From Marsupella aquatica (taxonomy: Eukaryota > Plantae > Marchantiophyta), in the NCBI GenBank assembly GCA_973895155.1, contig OZ316892.1, positions 28,774,932 through 28,838,931 of the forward strand: a stretch of 64,000 nt of DNA. The letters are read 5' to 3'. Every line of letters starts with the position of its first letter. Positions within the stretch are counted from its first letter, which is position 1. Both the position numbers and the translations under genes were made by a program. Positions 13,101-25,485 of the stretch are shown in pieces. The notes under the pieces are model-generated. The model saw only the letters and a list, made by a program, of their open reading frames with translations, was not told the DNA's origin and did no database searches.

Positions 13101-14419
13101 ATTCCAACTCTATCAGAAAGCATAGCCATTTTGCCAGCATTTTTGGGTGCTAGTAGCCAGTTCCCTACCAAGTCGTTCGATCCACTAGCCAGATTCTGAC
13201 AACTCTCCTTAGGTCTAGGGAGATCTAAGGGTCCAAAATTAATCTATGAAGTTTAGATAACTAATATGATAATGAATATTCATTACTAGCATCTCCTTCA
13301 AACAAAGGGGAGTTCTTTGAAGAACCTTGGTGCCAGGCTAGCAAGCGGTTGTGACCCGTAGCCTTCAATGAAGATACAAAGAACAACTCACAATTAGGAA
13401 GGCTTATGTTTTCCATAACTGGCCCTAGGTTTGTAAGGGAAGCCATAACATAGCACATCAAACATAAAATCCACTACTAACTGTAGCATGAATACATGTA
13501 CTAAGCACAAGAAGGGCTCCCTGTCCCTACTCACAAACATAATTCAAATATAAAATGCATAGTTTTTAGTCTTTTGAGACCACAACTACCTTTGGTTTGT
13601 ATAGTATATATATTGTACAACATCTTGTTAAAACAAGAGTGCACATTTTTTAGCCTATTGGGGCCACACAGGTTTGGCTGATATAGTATAGATAGATAGA
13701 CTAGCTAGGCATTTGCACAGAAGATGTTAAGGAGAGACAAAGATGTTGAGATGAGGCAAGGATCTCAACGCAAAACAAAGGTGTCAGGGGAGGAAAAAGT
13801 ATTGAGGCAAACCAAATATGTGAGGAGCATCACCAAAAAATGCAGGTGAGGGAAGAAAGTTGTTAAGGCATGTTATGTGTCATTGTGCCACTTTGTCCTC
13901 ATGGTCATGCAATTGTTGTGGTCATTAGATCATTGCAGCCATGGTCTCTGGTTGATGCACAAAAAATACATGTAAGACAATGAAATTGCTAATTAATGGC
14001 ATCTTCAGTGTTGTTGTTGCCATGTTGATGTTACCACCATGTGGTGTCCGTGTATTACATGATTCTCATTGCGATTGAGTTAACAAATTCAAACTGGCTA
14101 TCACCCCATATTAATGATAGATTGAAACTTGAAGGGGCCAGCATTGAGGAATATATTTCCTACGATGTCATCTTTTCCATAAACAACATTTTTTACACAA
14201 CAGTATCTATGCACAAGGACATCTTCTCTACAAATGTCATTTTTCACAAAACATCATTTTAATTTGCAATAATATGTTTTACACAACGACATCATTTGTG
14301 TAGCACTTGATTTCTTTTCCTCATATCTACTTTTTTGCCTTCATCAACATCTTTTTTCACCTTGACATTCATTCTTTGTCTCAACATTTTTTGTACAACT
14401 CACAGGCATGATAGGGTTA

Positions 14420-14625
14420 GTCTACAACTATAATAAAGGATTTAGTCTTTTTTTGTCCTTCATCCCAATACCAAAAAACTCATGGTCCTTGGATTCTATT
14501 AGCTGTTTTCTTTGACCATTGATGAAGAAAATATGCACCCCTAGCATGTGCTTTCTGTTGTCCCATAAATGCCCTGGCCAGACTCTCTATGGGCTGGCCC
14601 TCCTTGCTCAGTTTAGCATAGGGAT
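14420..14625 (+). repeat. dispersed ~210-bp repeat, copy 1 (inverted copy at 24168-24390)
   Basis: tctacaactataataa...cccaatac...attagctgttttc...tgcacccctag...ccataaatgccctggcc...ccctccttgc...tagcataggg is the degenerate reverse complement of 24168-24390. Confidence 0.75.
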
Positions 14626-14837
14626 GGTATTATATAATTAAATAAATGTGACTAAGAGTGGTGATCCCCCGGGCCCTGTTTCCTTTCCTGAGGGAAGCTG
14701 CGACATAGCGTAGACGGAATAGTCTCATGGCCGCCCGCGTTCCCTTCGCCCCCACCTCGCGAGCCCGCCCTTAACTTTCTCAAGAACGACACCTGGAGTG
14801 CTGGAAGTTCAGGACTCAGGATCGCGAACGCACGTTG

Positions 14838-15157
14838 TGGGCCGTCAAGAATGTTCCTCGGAGAAGCTGCAATGGAAGAAACGGTGGCGATGACACCCTT
14901 TCTTGGAGCCTACGGTTGGACACGAGACCCAGCACTCGCACCACTCTGACCCATATATAAACTCCAGCAGTAGCCGCCATAGAGCACTTACTCTTTAGGG
15001 TTCTATCCTCTAGTAAGCTCCTGATTCTGAATTTCTGATCTTCTGCTGGGGTTCTGTTTCGATCACTCACGAGAAAGAGTCGTGGGTTTGTCTTTGTTGC
15101 TGAGTTTTCGCCTTGATTGTTGGTGCTGTGGATCGGAGCGTCGTTCGATAGATCGCA
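14838..15157 (+). promoter_or_regulatory. RPL10 core promoter and leader: site II TGGGCC, TATA box, telo-box-like motif, putative 5'UTR intron 15013-15151
   Basis: tgggcc at ~14838; catatataaac at ~14953-14963; ttagggtt at ~14995-15002; gtaagc donor at 15013 and cgatag acceptor ending 15151, 7 nt before the ATG. Site II plus telo-box is typical of plant ribosomal protein promoters. Confidence 0.55.
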
Positions 15158-15829
15158 ATGGGTCGCCGGCCTGCTAGATGTTACCGGCAGATTAAGAACA
15201 AGCCGTATCCGAAGTCGAGGTTTTGCCGTGGTGTGCCGGACCCTAAGATTCGGATTTACGATGTGGGCATGAAGAAGAAGGAGGTCGAGGAGTTCCCGTT
15301 CTGTGTGCATCTGGTTTCTTGGGAGAAGGAGAATGTGTCGAGCGAGGCGCTGGAGGCTGCTCGGATTGCGTGCAACAAGTACATGACGAAGTATGCCGGA
15401 AAGGAAGCTTTCCATCTGCGAGTTCGGGTGCATCCCTTCCACGTTCTGCGGATCAACAAGATGCTGTCGTGCGCGGGTGCTGATAGGCTTCAGACTGGTA
15501 TGAGGGGAGCGTTTGGAAAGCCCCAGGGAACGTGCGCCAGAGTGGATATTGGACAGGTCCTCTTGTCAGTCCGTTGTAAAGATGGGAATGGTGTTCATGC
15601 TCAGGAAGCTTTGCGTCGCGCTAAATTCAAATTCCCAGGTCGTCAAAAAATTATTGTAAGCAGGAAGTGGGGTTTCACTAAATTCGCAAGGACTGACTAC
15701 ATCAAGTGGAAGGAAGAGAAGAGGCTTGTCAACGATGGTGTCAACGCAAAGCTTCTCGGGTGCCACGGGCCTCTGTTAAGAAGACGTAAGGGACAAGCTT
15801 TCTTAGATGCCGCGGTGGCATCTGCTTAG
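15158..15829 (+). CDS. RPL10: 60S ribosomal protein L10 (uL16), intronless CDS
   Basis: [35 protein letters not shown]...[27 protein letters not shown]: canonical plant RPL10, 223 aa. Confidence 0.98.
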   Translation: MGRRPARCYRQIKNKPYPKSRFCRGVPDPKIRIYDVGMKKKEVEEFPFCVHLVSWEKENVSSEALEAARIACNKYMTKYAGKEAFHLRVRVHPFHVLRINKMLSCAGADRLQTGMRGAFGKPQGTCARVDIGQVLLSVRCKDGNGVHAQEALRRAKFKFPGRQKIIVSRKWGFTKFARTDYIKWKEEKRLVNDGVNAKLLGCHGPLLRRRKGQAFLDAAVASA

Positions 15830-17153
15830 ATTGTATTACTTCAGAAATTCTTTCTGGATTTCGCGCTGTCTAGCTACATCGATTGGATTACATTGTAAAC
15901 TTTACAGGCAAATGAAGCTCCCAATTTCTCCTCACGAGGTTTTTTGGCTTCTATGTTGAGATATGATGATATGACATCTGGCTCGTGAAACCGGCGCCTG
16001 CCATCTCAGCGTCGCGTTGCCTCAGTTGCGACTGGGTTTCAGGACCCCTTCTGTTTTACTTTTGCTTGTGTGGCACGTCGACTTAAATAAAGCTTTTCAA
16101 CTGTTCCTCTCCGATTCTCTACGTCTTCAGCACTATAAGGAAGACTTACACCAACGTTTGGAGTTAGGGATCGAGAGTTGAGATTCTGTCCGTCATGAGC
16201 TTCATGAGGTATGTATCGATGGGAAACGTTATCCGAAACGGATGAGAAGAGTGTCTGTAGCGGAAGTTACGATGTAAGCAATGGAGGATGTGATTATGAA
16301 GGAGGCTTCTTTTTTGACATAACTGGTGGCTGCTTCTAGTACCTCTTCCCGTACTTTCGGAGTCGTGGCTAGCATTCGAATCCGGTCAATTAGCTGATTT
16401 TGACTTAGTTTCGAAAATAAGGATCAGGACGTTGAGGGTACCTCTCAAGTTGGTCACCCATACTTCTGAAATTGGCGCGCCAGGAGGAATATTTCAGACA
16501 ATATCCGGAAAAAAATGCTGACTGACGAGTATAGATTTGTCTTGATGAGTTTTAATGGCCTACCGTGCTCTCACATCTCTCAAGTTTGTTGATTGCGTGG
16601 AGGCATTGTGAATTCAGGAGTTGGCTGCAATTCTTGCACATATCAAAGGACTGAGATTCCGAAGTTGAGTGTACTACTGTACAACATGCGCCTAACCTAT
16701 GGAAAACGTAACTTCCAAGTCATCAGTATACCAAATAGAGTGGGTGAGGAAGCCTTGTTGGATACAAGGTTGGAGAAAAGAATCCCCAAGATGACATAAA
16801 ACGTTTTAACATTAAGCCAAACAATCTGATGGCAGACTCCAATTGCCACCTAGCAGAATCACTGAAAGAATGAAGCAATTTAGTTGCAAACACAAAATAA
16901 AACGTCAAGCACTGGCATGGCCAATTTAGAGTACTAGTTTCAAGAGCAGCAAAATAACATGTCAAAGAAAACGTGGGCACATCTGCTTCAAAAGACAAAA
17001 TCTGTTCTCTTCTACCTACAAGACGAAAGGACCTAGGTATAATTGAGTTAGAAAGAAGAAATAACACCCTCTATCTGTATAGATCTACCTCGAAGAAAGA
17101 CTAACTCACTAAGCTGAGAGCCACTAGTGTTTATGTTTCGCATGGCCATGTTT

Positions 17154-19023
17154 TCAATGGTGACCACCATGGTGTCCTCCGTGGTATCCCCCGTGGTGTC
17201 CCCCGTGGTGTCCTCCATGATGTCCATAAGGTTCCTGGTAATGAAGATAATGTCCCTTTTTCATCTTCTTGTGCTTGTATCCTTTGTGACCACCCTTGTG
17301 GTGCTTATAGTCACCATGACTTCCATAATGGGGTGCTCCATAAGCTGGCCAACATAACAACCAAGCACATTAGTCGCTCACCTAGGGCACTGTCCACCCA
17401 CGCTTTTCGAAAGGAAGCAACTAAAACTCTCGAGTGGCATGGAGTTCACTGTCAACTGCATCTGCTTTCTGAAGACTTTCAGTTGATAGCCCACAGCTGA
17501 CAATTGTGATTTAACCTCCAACAACTAGTTGCCATTCCATTGACAACCGGACAGTAGTATTGAGACGATCTAGAATAAACAGAAAAGACTAGGCAAGCAA
17601 GAAGACGATTAAGGAAACAGCCAGAAATGTGAGAAATCAGACATGATTGTGAATAGATTAAGTACCTCCATACGGTGCAGGTGCATGGTGCGGCAATCCA
17701 TGTCCTGCCATATAACCAAAGAGTAGGGATTAAAAAGTTGCAGTGAGGCACTGATTCAAAATGCTGTTGTCTAATCACCACTATAACAACAAAATAGCGT
17801 GTCTCAACGAGCATAGAAATTTCCCCTATTTGGCAAGGCAAAAACGTACCACCGTATGCATATGGTTGTGTATATCCAGGGACACCATATCCATAGGATG
17901 GATATGCTTCAGGTGTATACCCATGACCAGGGTATGCTGGAGGATAATTGGGTGCATAACCATGAGATGGGTACGCCTCATAACCGGGCTGGGGATACAT
18001 AGGTTGGCCATATCCTTGTTGGGGATACCCAGGTTGGACATAACCAGGCTGAGCATACCCACCATAGCCATGCTGGTGACCATGGTGGAATCCTCTCTCC
18101 CCACTAGCACCACCATCGCTAGATGAATTCACAGTAGACTCACTCGTGCGTTCTCCTGGATTGGCGTTTTGAGAAGGATATCCCGTAGTAGGAGCACTGT
18201 TCTCAACAGTGTGCTGAGGTGGAAGTCCTACAGGCAACGCACTAAGATCAGGTTGGCCAGAGGCTGAAGGGTAACTTCCTTGATGGGGTAGTCCTGATTG
18301 AGGTGGGTTAGAGGGAGGGAAAGAAGAACCTTCATAACTTGAGGTAGGAGAATCAAGTTCATTCTTGGCCTTTTGCTGTCCTTGGCCATCATAGCCTACG
18401 GGTTGACGATAAGGGGTAGCTGGAGCAGATGGTGTTGCGCCATACGGTGAAAAGCTGGGATAAGATTGGCCTGTGTTTGGAGCAGGAGGTCTACCGTAAT
18501 ACTGAGGAGGATATGATGGCTGGTTGATCTTTTCTTTCCCAGGACTGGAAACGTCCAGATTCTCGGGAAGATTCAGAGCATTGAGAGAAGAAGGGGGATA
18601 GCCGCTTTGGTAAGGAACAGGGGCGGGGTAGCTGCCAGCTTCAGGAGCAGATGAAGATCTATAAAGTGGAGCAGCGGAACTGTCAGATTTATCATACGGA
18701 GGATATGGTGAAGGTGATGGAGGAGAATACGGCACTCCACTTACGACACCAGAAATTGGAGAAGCTAAGTAAGGGAGACCCTGGGAAGAATAGGGGTTGG
18801 ATGGATGCAAGGGAGGAGGATAACTACTCGGTGGACCTTCTCCTGGTCCACGGGTTGTGTCATACCTGTGCTCCCTGTCTTTATTTAGGGATAGACTAGA
18901 AAATGCATCTGCTGCGGCGTCCCCTGCGCTGGGAGGGGCTCCGTAAGAGCTCATGTCAGGATAAAGAGAAAGAATCTGTTGAGTTGATGCAGATGAGTAT
19001 GTGGGAGTAGTGGACGAATGCAT
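17154..19023 (-). CDS. Pro/Ser/Tyr-rich protein with Gly/His/Lys-rich C-terminus (glycine-rich protein A3-like), 3 coding exons
   Basis: Exons 19023-17850, 17704-17666 (GHGLPHHAPAPYG) and 17344-17154 (AYGAPHYGSHG...HKKMKKGH...GGHHGGHH) join by phase-1 GT-AG introns and keep frame. YPP/PGYP repeats; in-frame stop upstream of the ATG. Further donor/acceptor-like sites at ~19530-19645, ~21045 and ~21755 may be 5'UTR exons. Confidence 0.75.
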
Positions 19024-22000
19024 CCCCTCGTTCCCACCATGTAAGGCTGGCTCAGTTTACTCTGCATATAACAGAAAAACTATGCTATTAGGCACGTAAT
19101 CATGCACCTGTTGACACAGACGATAGGCAGGTCAGAAGAAGAGTTTCCATGTGATGCATCACAGATAATTGTTAAGAATGGTAAAACATTTGACACAAGC
19201 CACATCTCCCGTTCATACACAAAAACATTGGAGCATTGTCGTTGAGAAGTACAAGACGGTGAATATTGGAGTTCGCTCGAGCTGCAGCAATAGTTCCTAA
19301 TACAGTCTTTCCTAAGATCTACGCTGTTCCACAACATCAAGACATTCACACAGGTGCTAGCAATGCCCCCGGCAGCACTGAACTCTGCACGAATTGAACC
19401 CCTCGACTTTTCATTCCAGAAGTTACACGACAATTGCAGAGAAACAAACTTTCCTACTCTCATCACCCTTTGAAAAGATGTGTCACCCTCCCACTCTGTC
19501 TCCAACAATGACAGATAATTACAAACTTACCAAAGAATCCTAGCTCAAGGTCACTTTCAGATAACCGCAAGTATGCCCTTCACTCGCTTGATATAGTGGG
19601 AGTAGAGAAGTCTCCTCGCTTGCTTTCAGCACCTTGGATAAAGGTAACCTGGCCACAACAAAAAAAACCGGGTTGGCAGCTATTCTTTCGCATAATCAAA
19701 ATCAAACCAATACGCATATATCCATACCAACTTATCCCTGTCTCTTTTTAAGACCTATCCTTATGAGAGTCCGCTGATTCCCCCTGCATCCCGTTGGACT
19801 TATGACGGGAGCTTCTTCTCAAGACCTATCCTTATGAGACACCAGTAAAACTCTAGCGCCAGTCCAGTTTAGTTGAGTCCCCTAAAGAGATGAGCTGCAG
19901 TCGGTGATTGGGTCAATGAAAATCATTGCCTTCTAACAATGGCTTGTGACAACACTGATTTTGTGTTCGCAAGTTCATGACTACTACATTACAAAAGGTA
20001 GACAATTTATACTCATACCTAGAAGAGATATTTTTATAAACTTGTAACAAATTTCCATTTTTCTGGCGATTCCTGGTGATATCCACGGAGGAAGAGCAAA
20101 CGACGGTCAGAACATAAAGAGGCTTGCTCTCTTCAACAAACACAAAAAGGTACTGTCTATCAGGTTTCCCTGTAGATCCTTCGTTTCGTGATGGATTAGT
20201 CGATAGACATCAAAAACTGAAGGTATTGAGGATCCTCATCAGTGTCTGGAACTTGACTAATTTTCTTTCTGTTCAATAGGAATGATACCTGTTACAAAAA
20301 ATCAATGCTTTTTGCATCTCCGGAAACTCCACCCTACTTAACATGTGATTTTACTCGGATTCGAATGTGAAAGTTATGTGCGACTACCTAACAACGACAA
20401 TCTCCCTGAACCTGTGGAAATGAATCGGTAACATGCCAGAAGTGGTCAATTTACACCAATTTTGGAATTCCCTTTCGAAAGCGTGATCTTACTGAAATTA
20501 AGGTTTGCACAAAGTCTTTTGGATTTCGAAGAGATCGCCAAAATCCAGTCCCGTACGAAATCTGGCAATCCAACTGAGGATATTGCTCGTCCATATTCAG
20601 AGTTGCCCAGGATTGGGGCATGAGTAAACTTGATCTAACTGGTCCGTTAATTCAACATTCTCTGTAGATGCATGTGCCCAGGCTGCCTATCTCTCATATC
20701 GACAATGAGAGTGCTCACATTCATCATGTAGTTCTTGGCTGCTTTTTAAGTATTTTTTTACATGATCCCCATCTAAGGATTCGTCTCGACGTGAGAGGCG
20801 ATTTCGGAAATTGGCAGAGCTCACAGTGTCCCCGAGACCTCACTATCTCCCAACCCACAACGCCAAACGTTTTCAATTCCGTGAGCGTGGAACACTGTGA
20901 TGAAGATGGCAGCCGAAGCCGTCCATCCTCTCCTTTCGACGTCTTGATGGTTTTGACGGCTTCTCGAGACGGAGGGACAAAATTCTTCGATCCACGACCT
21001 GCCCTCCTCTATCCGGAATGGAAACCAAGACGAGTAGATCTTACCTGGCAATGGTCAGCACAAGTCGAAGAATCTCAACGCTCAGATCCTCTGCTCCATA
21101 CGCACTTCTATCACCATCGAAAGTGGCTGATCTGGTCGATTCATTCAATTCACACTTCAGTTCACAGAAACGGAAAGAGTGACAACCACCGACTCGGCGG
21201 CACGAAAAACTGAATGGATGAGTAGTTAGTATGCAGCTGGGAAACAGGAACGAATTTCGAGAGAACCAAAAGTCCACCGGAGAATTGCCACCGACTCCGT
21301 CCACAATCTCATACAACCTGCTACCTTCAGCGAGAATCGCTGCCTGCCCAAGATGACAGTGGCGTAACAAGTACCAGCGAACTCACATCAAAACTCGAGC
21401 TCCCACCACTGCTCAAACTCCACTCCATAAAAAGTGAACGCGGAAGTAATTCATTGACGAGCAGAAATCATATTCCCATGTAATTCCATTCCTCTGCTCA
21501 CGATCTTTCGCACTGAGATTCCTGAGACCGTTCCCCAGTGCTCTCCTCCCGGTCACGAGAACCTCTGGGTCAACGAATCCCTAAGCTATCGAGAGAATTA
21601 CAGTGACCACTGAGGCAGGACCCCCTAATTGAGCCAACCACCAAATCTGAAATTCTCACTCACTCATTCATCAGAGCCTTGCTGGGTCGCTTGCAAACGT
21701 CTGCCTCCAGCCATTCCAGACACAATCAAACTGTAACATGACGGCAGGTCTCACCTGCCTGCGAAGAAAGGTAGACCTGAGCAGCCTCCTTTGCACAGTG
21801 TGTGCTGTAGCTCCGGTGGGCACGGGATTGTGACTTGGGGCCCAAATAACGTGTTTTTTTCCCCTCGCATTCCCTAGCAAAGCAAGGCTATGCACAGAAC
21901 AGAAGGCAGGCCGTCAAGCAACTGGCTTGGCTCAGTTGTTGGGATCCAATTTAAGATAACAGTTTTCCCGATTTAAATTGAGTATTAATCATGACAACTG

Positions 22001-23572
22001 CAAATGTACAATTTAGGCTCAGCACTCGGCTAAGGAGGTATTGTATAATGCTAGGAAACAAAGAATTTTGTTAGCAAGGAGAGGTGGTATTGTATAATGG
22101 GAGTAAACAGGAGTTTTGTTAGCAAGGAGAGTGTTGTCATTACGACACTAGTCGTTTAAAAAAAAATCTACTTTTTGCTGCCTTTTACATTTTTTGTGTT
22201 TTTTTATGACTCCAGACCATATGGCTAGCGAGTTAGCTAGCAAAAGAAGAGTCCCAAAAATGTATGTTTTCAACAAGTTTGTTGTTAGCGAGGCAGTTGG
22301 ATATAGAAAAATTTGGGGTCATGTGAGGAAAATTTGAACAGTTTCCTCGCACGCTACCATGACCCCGTCACATACTCGATGGCCCATTGCATTCCCTTTC
22401 ACTCCTTGATGTTGAGGGGTTCAGACAATCAGTTTAGATTGACCAAGAATTGCCAGCGCGTTTGAAAGCACCTGTCAAATTTGTGCCAGAGGATTATGAA
22501 ATTGCTTCTTTCAGACTTGATCCAAGGTAGTGATGTTGAAGTCAAGACAAACAGACAAACAGAGAGAGGGAAAATTTTGACAGGACTGCAAAGCGAGAAC
22601 CCACAATCACTAACACCAAAGATGTGTAAAAAGCAAAGTCCTTCAACCTTCAAATCTACATACCCACCCAGCCAACCTCTAGGAGTAGACAAGATTCCAA
22701 AGCTGTAGAAAATATTCATACTCCCTGCTCACAAGGAACTGGACACAAATAAAACAGGGTCAAACGATTGAACAATAAAATGCATGCTCCACCAATCAAA
22801 GGGATCCATAGTGAGTTATGATTGTTGCTTTAGTACTGAATCCCTATGTGGATGACTAATAAGATTAGACACTTACTGATCATTTTTAGACAGAGTTTTT
22901 TAATAGGATAATGTCCTGGTTAGAAGGCATTGTGGATAGAATGCCCCCCAAAAAGGATATAGCCCAAATTTGAGAAGACATTATGGCACACAATGCCTGT
23001 AACCAGAACCTTAACTTATGCAGAAATTTGAGTGAGTTTGTGAAACAGACCAAAAACAATCCCTGACGTTAACGTCATCCAACCTTGTAAGCCAAGAAGA
23101 AGTTAAAATGCCAGGATTTTAGGCCAAGCAAAGATGAGAAGATTTACGTTGTAAAATTTTGGACTTCTGAGTTACATCACTCGCCAAAGCAAGGAGAATA
23201 TGGTATCAAATAGAGTGCAAAAACTTGCAAATGTCCTTCCCAGCTGAAATTGTATCTCTCATCAATTGTAAAAATGGTCACACTTTTGGGTTTCATGAGT
23301 TCCTAGGTCCATCCAAGTTACTTGGGTCTACATTGTGGTCCATCCTAGCATAATTTTCTTAACTTAGCATTTCTGGAGCATGCCCTGGAAAAGGCTCCGC
23401 AAGGCACAACCTGTCCAAAATTGCAAGGGCCTATTTAATCAACCAGCATCAAAAACCATACCTACGGCCCTGTTCCCATAGATTATGGGTAGTAATAACC
23501 CCTTAAAACTACAGCTGAAGCTCTCATTTTGGGGGTATTATGGCACACACCTCTAAACAGGATTTTTCTATA

Positions 23573-24066
23573 CAGTGTTTTACTGACCTGTCCCCCAAAT
23601 CACCCAAATTTACTGACTTGCCCCCAAAACAAATTCATTTATCACCTTGCCCCCCATTTCGTATGTGGGTTAACTTTTAACTCGCAATCGGGTTTAGGGT
23701 GCCATGGCACCATCGCAGGCCTGGGAGGATCTAAAACGCGACCCCGCTAAAGAGTTGCCCTTCCATACCGTCCCAAAAACAACTCACTGCCTCCTGAGGA
23801 TCACTTTTGGAGGGGCGACCAGTTTTTGGGAGGGACGACCGGTAGGGGGAAGGCCTGCGATGGTGTTGGGCAGGGGAGAAGGGGGGCTAAAGGAGAGCCC
23901 GGCGAGTTAAGCTCAGCCTATGGTAACTCGCCACATTACACCCTAAACCCAATCGTGAGTTAAAAGTTAACCCACATACGAAATGGGGGGCAAGGTGATA
24001 AATAAATTTGTTTCGGGGGCATGGCAGTAAATTCGGGTGATTTGGGGGACAGGTTAGTAAAAGCTG
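23573..24066. mobile_element. MITE with ~125-bp high-identity terminal inverted repeats
   Basis: 23573-23701 (cagtgttttactgacctgtcccccaaatcaccc...gggtttagggtg) vs reverse complement of 23939-24066 (cagcttttactaacctgtcccccaaatcaccc...gggtttagggtg), roughly 90% identical by eye. CAG...CTG termini; no clear TSD. Confidence 0.85.
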
Positions 24067-24167
24067 TTTTGCCATATACCTATAACCCTTTTTACCCACA
24101 AAAGTTACAAGCAAAGTTTGGTACACCGTAGGATTTGCCCATCTAATTAGGTTTGTCATATAGCACA

Positions 24168-24390
24168 AGCCCTATGCTAGTGTGTTGCACTGTGCAAGGA
24201 GGGTCAGCCCATAGGGAGTTGGGCCAGGGCATTTATGGAGCAACTAGGGGTGCACATTTCTTTCATCAATGATCAGGGAAAACAGCTAATTGAATCCAAT
24301 GACCGTGGATCTTTCCCTCCCATGAACTTTTTTGTATTGGGACAAATGCCAAAAAAAGGCAGGATCAGTTATTATAGTTGTAGATACTAG
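24168..24390 (-). repeat. dispersed ~210-bp repeat, copy 2 (inverted relative to 14420-14625)
   Basis: ccctatgcta...gcaaggaggg...ggccagggcatttatgg...ctaggggtgca...ttattatagttgtaga. Confidence 0.75.
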
Positions 24391-25122
24391 GGAACATGTT
24401 TAGTTTTGTCTCTTGTAGTGTTGGGTACATGATCAAACTACAATTGATTCATTTTCATTCCTCCCTTCCTTCCCCCTCTCATTCATTCACATAAGGATTC
24501 TTTGCATTATGAACTTGTGACTCCTTGGTGAGTGGGGGGAGGGGGAGGGGGGCGGGGAGGATATTTTTATGACTAAGGGTACATATATGATTTTTTTGAC
24601 CATGAATGGAAAATCTCAAGTGTTAGATCTTCAGAGTGTGAGGGCACCGGGTTACTGATATTAAGTGTTCATGTACACTGAACAAGGGCTTTGCACTTAT
24701 AATTTTGTCCTTTAGTGTCACACTTCTGGCCTTTGCTTTGCACTTGCAAAAAATGTGCAAAGTCAGTGTACAGAAAATACATAATAATGAATTAATTGCG
24801 ATTATCCAGGTTTGCACTCAGAGATGACTGTATTCAAAATCCTTAAGGCCAAATTGCATGTGGGCAGACCTTTTGTTCCAGTCTTGAGCTTAACAGATAA
24901 CATACAACATTGACTGAGAATTTTGTGTCCCGCAAGCACGCCCAACGGCACATAGTGGAGAACCAAGGGCAGGAGTCAACAAGGGACAACCCTTGCGTTC
25001 TTCCGGCAAGGCCACTAATGCTTGCCAGTGACACCTAGCAGCACCAAATCAGGAGACCTTTGGCCCCAAATGAAAAGGCAGCTCTAAGCCTCTTTGTGTT
25101 TCCAGCCAGGAAGGAAGGTTAC

Positions 25123-25485
25123 TGGCATGTAAACATTTCAAGATGCACTTGCTATTCCCATAATCTCTAGCCAGGAGGTAACCACTTTCTGGACAGAAAT
25201 TATATAATATAATGCATGTTTTGAGCAGGGGTTCAAGGTTGAGACTGTAAACATTTCTAGAGGTACTTGCCATTCCCATAATTTGTTGCCAGGAGGTAAC
25301 CACTATCTGGACAGAAATCATAATTATATAGAATGCATGTTTTGGGCACGGGTTCAAGGCTAATTGATACCAGCATGTAAACATTTCTAAAGACACTTGT
25401 TATTCCAAAAAATCTGTTGCCTGGAAGTAACCACTTTCCAGACAGAAATTACAGATTATAATGCATGTTTTGGGCACGGGTTCTA
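25123..25485. repeat. tandem repeat, ~120-130-bp unit x3, upstream of SMO1
   Basis: tgtaaacatttc...acttg...gga.gtaaccact...gacagaaat...aatgcatgttttg.gca.gggttc repeated three times. Confidence 0.85.

Noticed and set aside
14816-15442. 208-aa minus-strand ORF
   Set aside because: Antisense shadow of RPL10.
17479-17849. C-terminal part of the 514-aa ORF (TFLPCQIG...)
   Set aside because: Read-through into an intron; composition changes exactly at the GT donor at 17849.
20668-21213. 181-aa plus-strand ORF
   Set aside because: No family motif; antisense to the likely 5' leader of the GRP-like gene.
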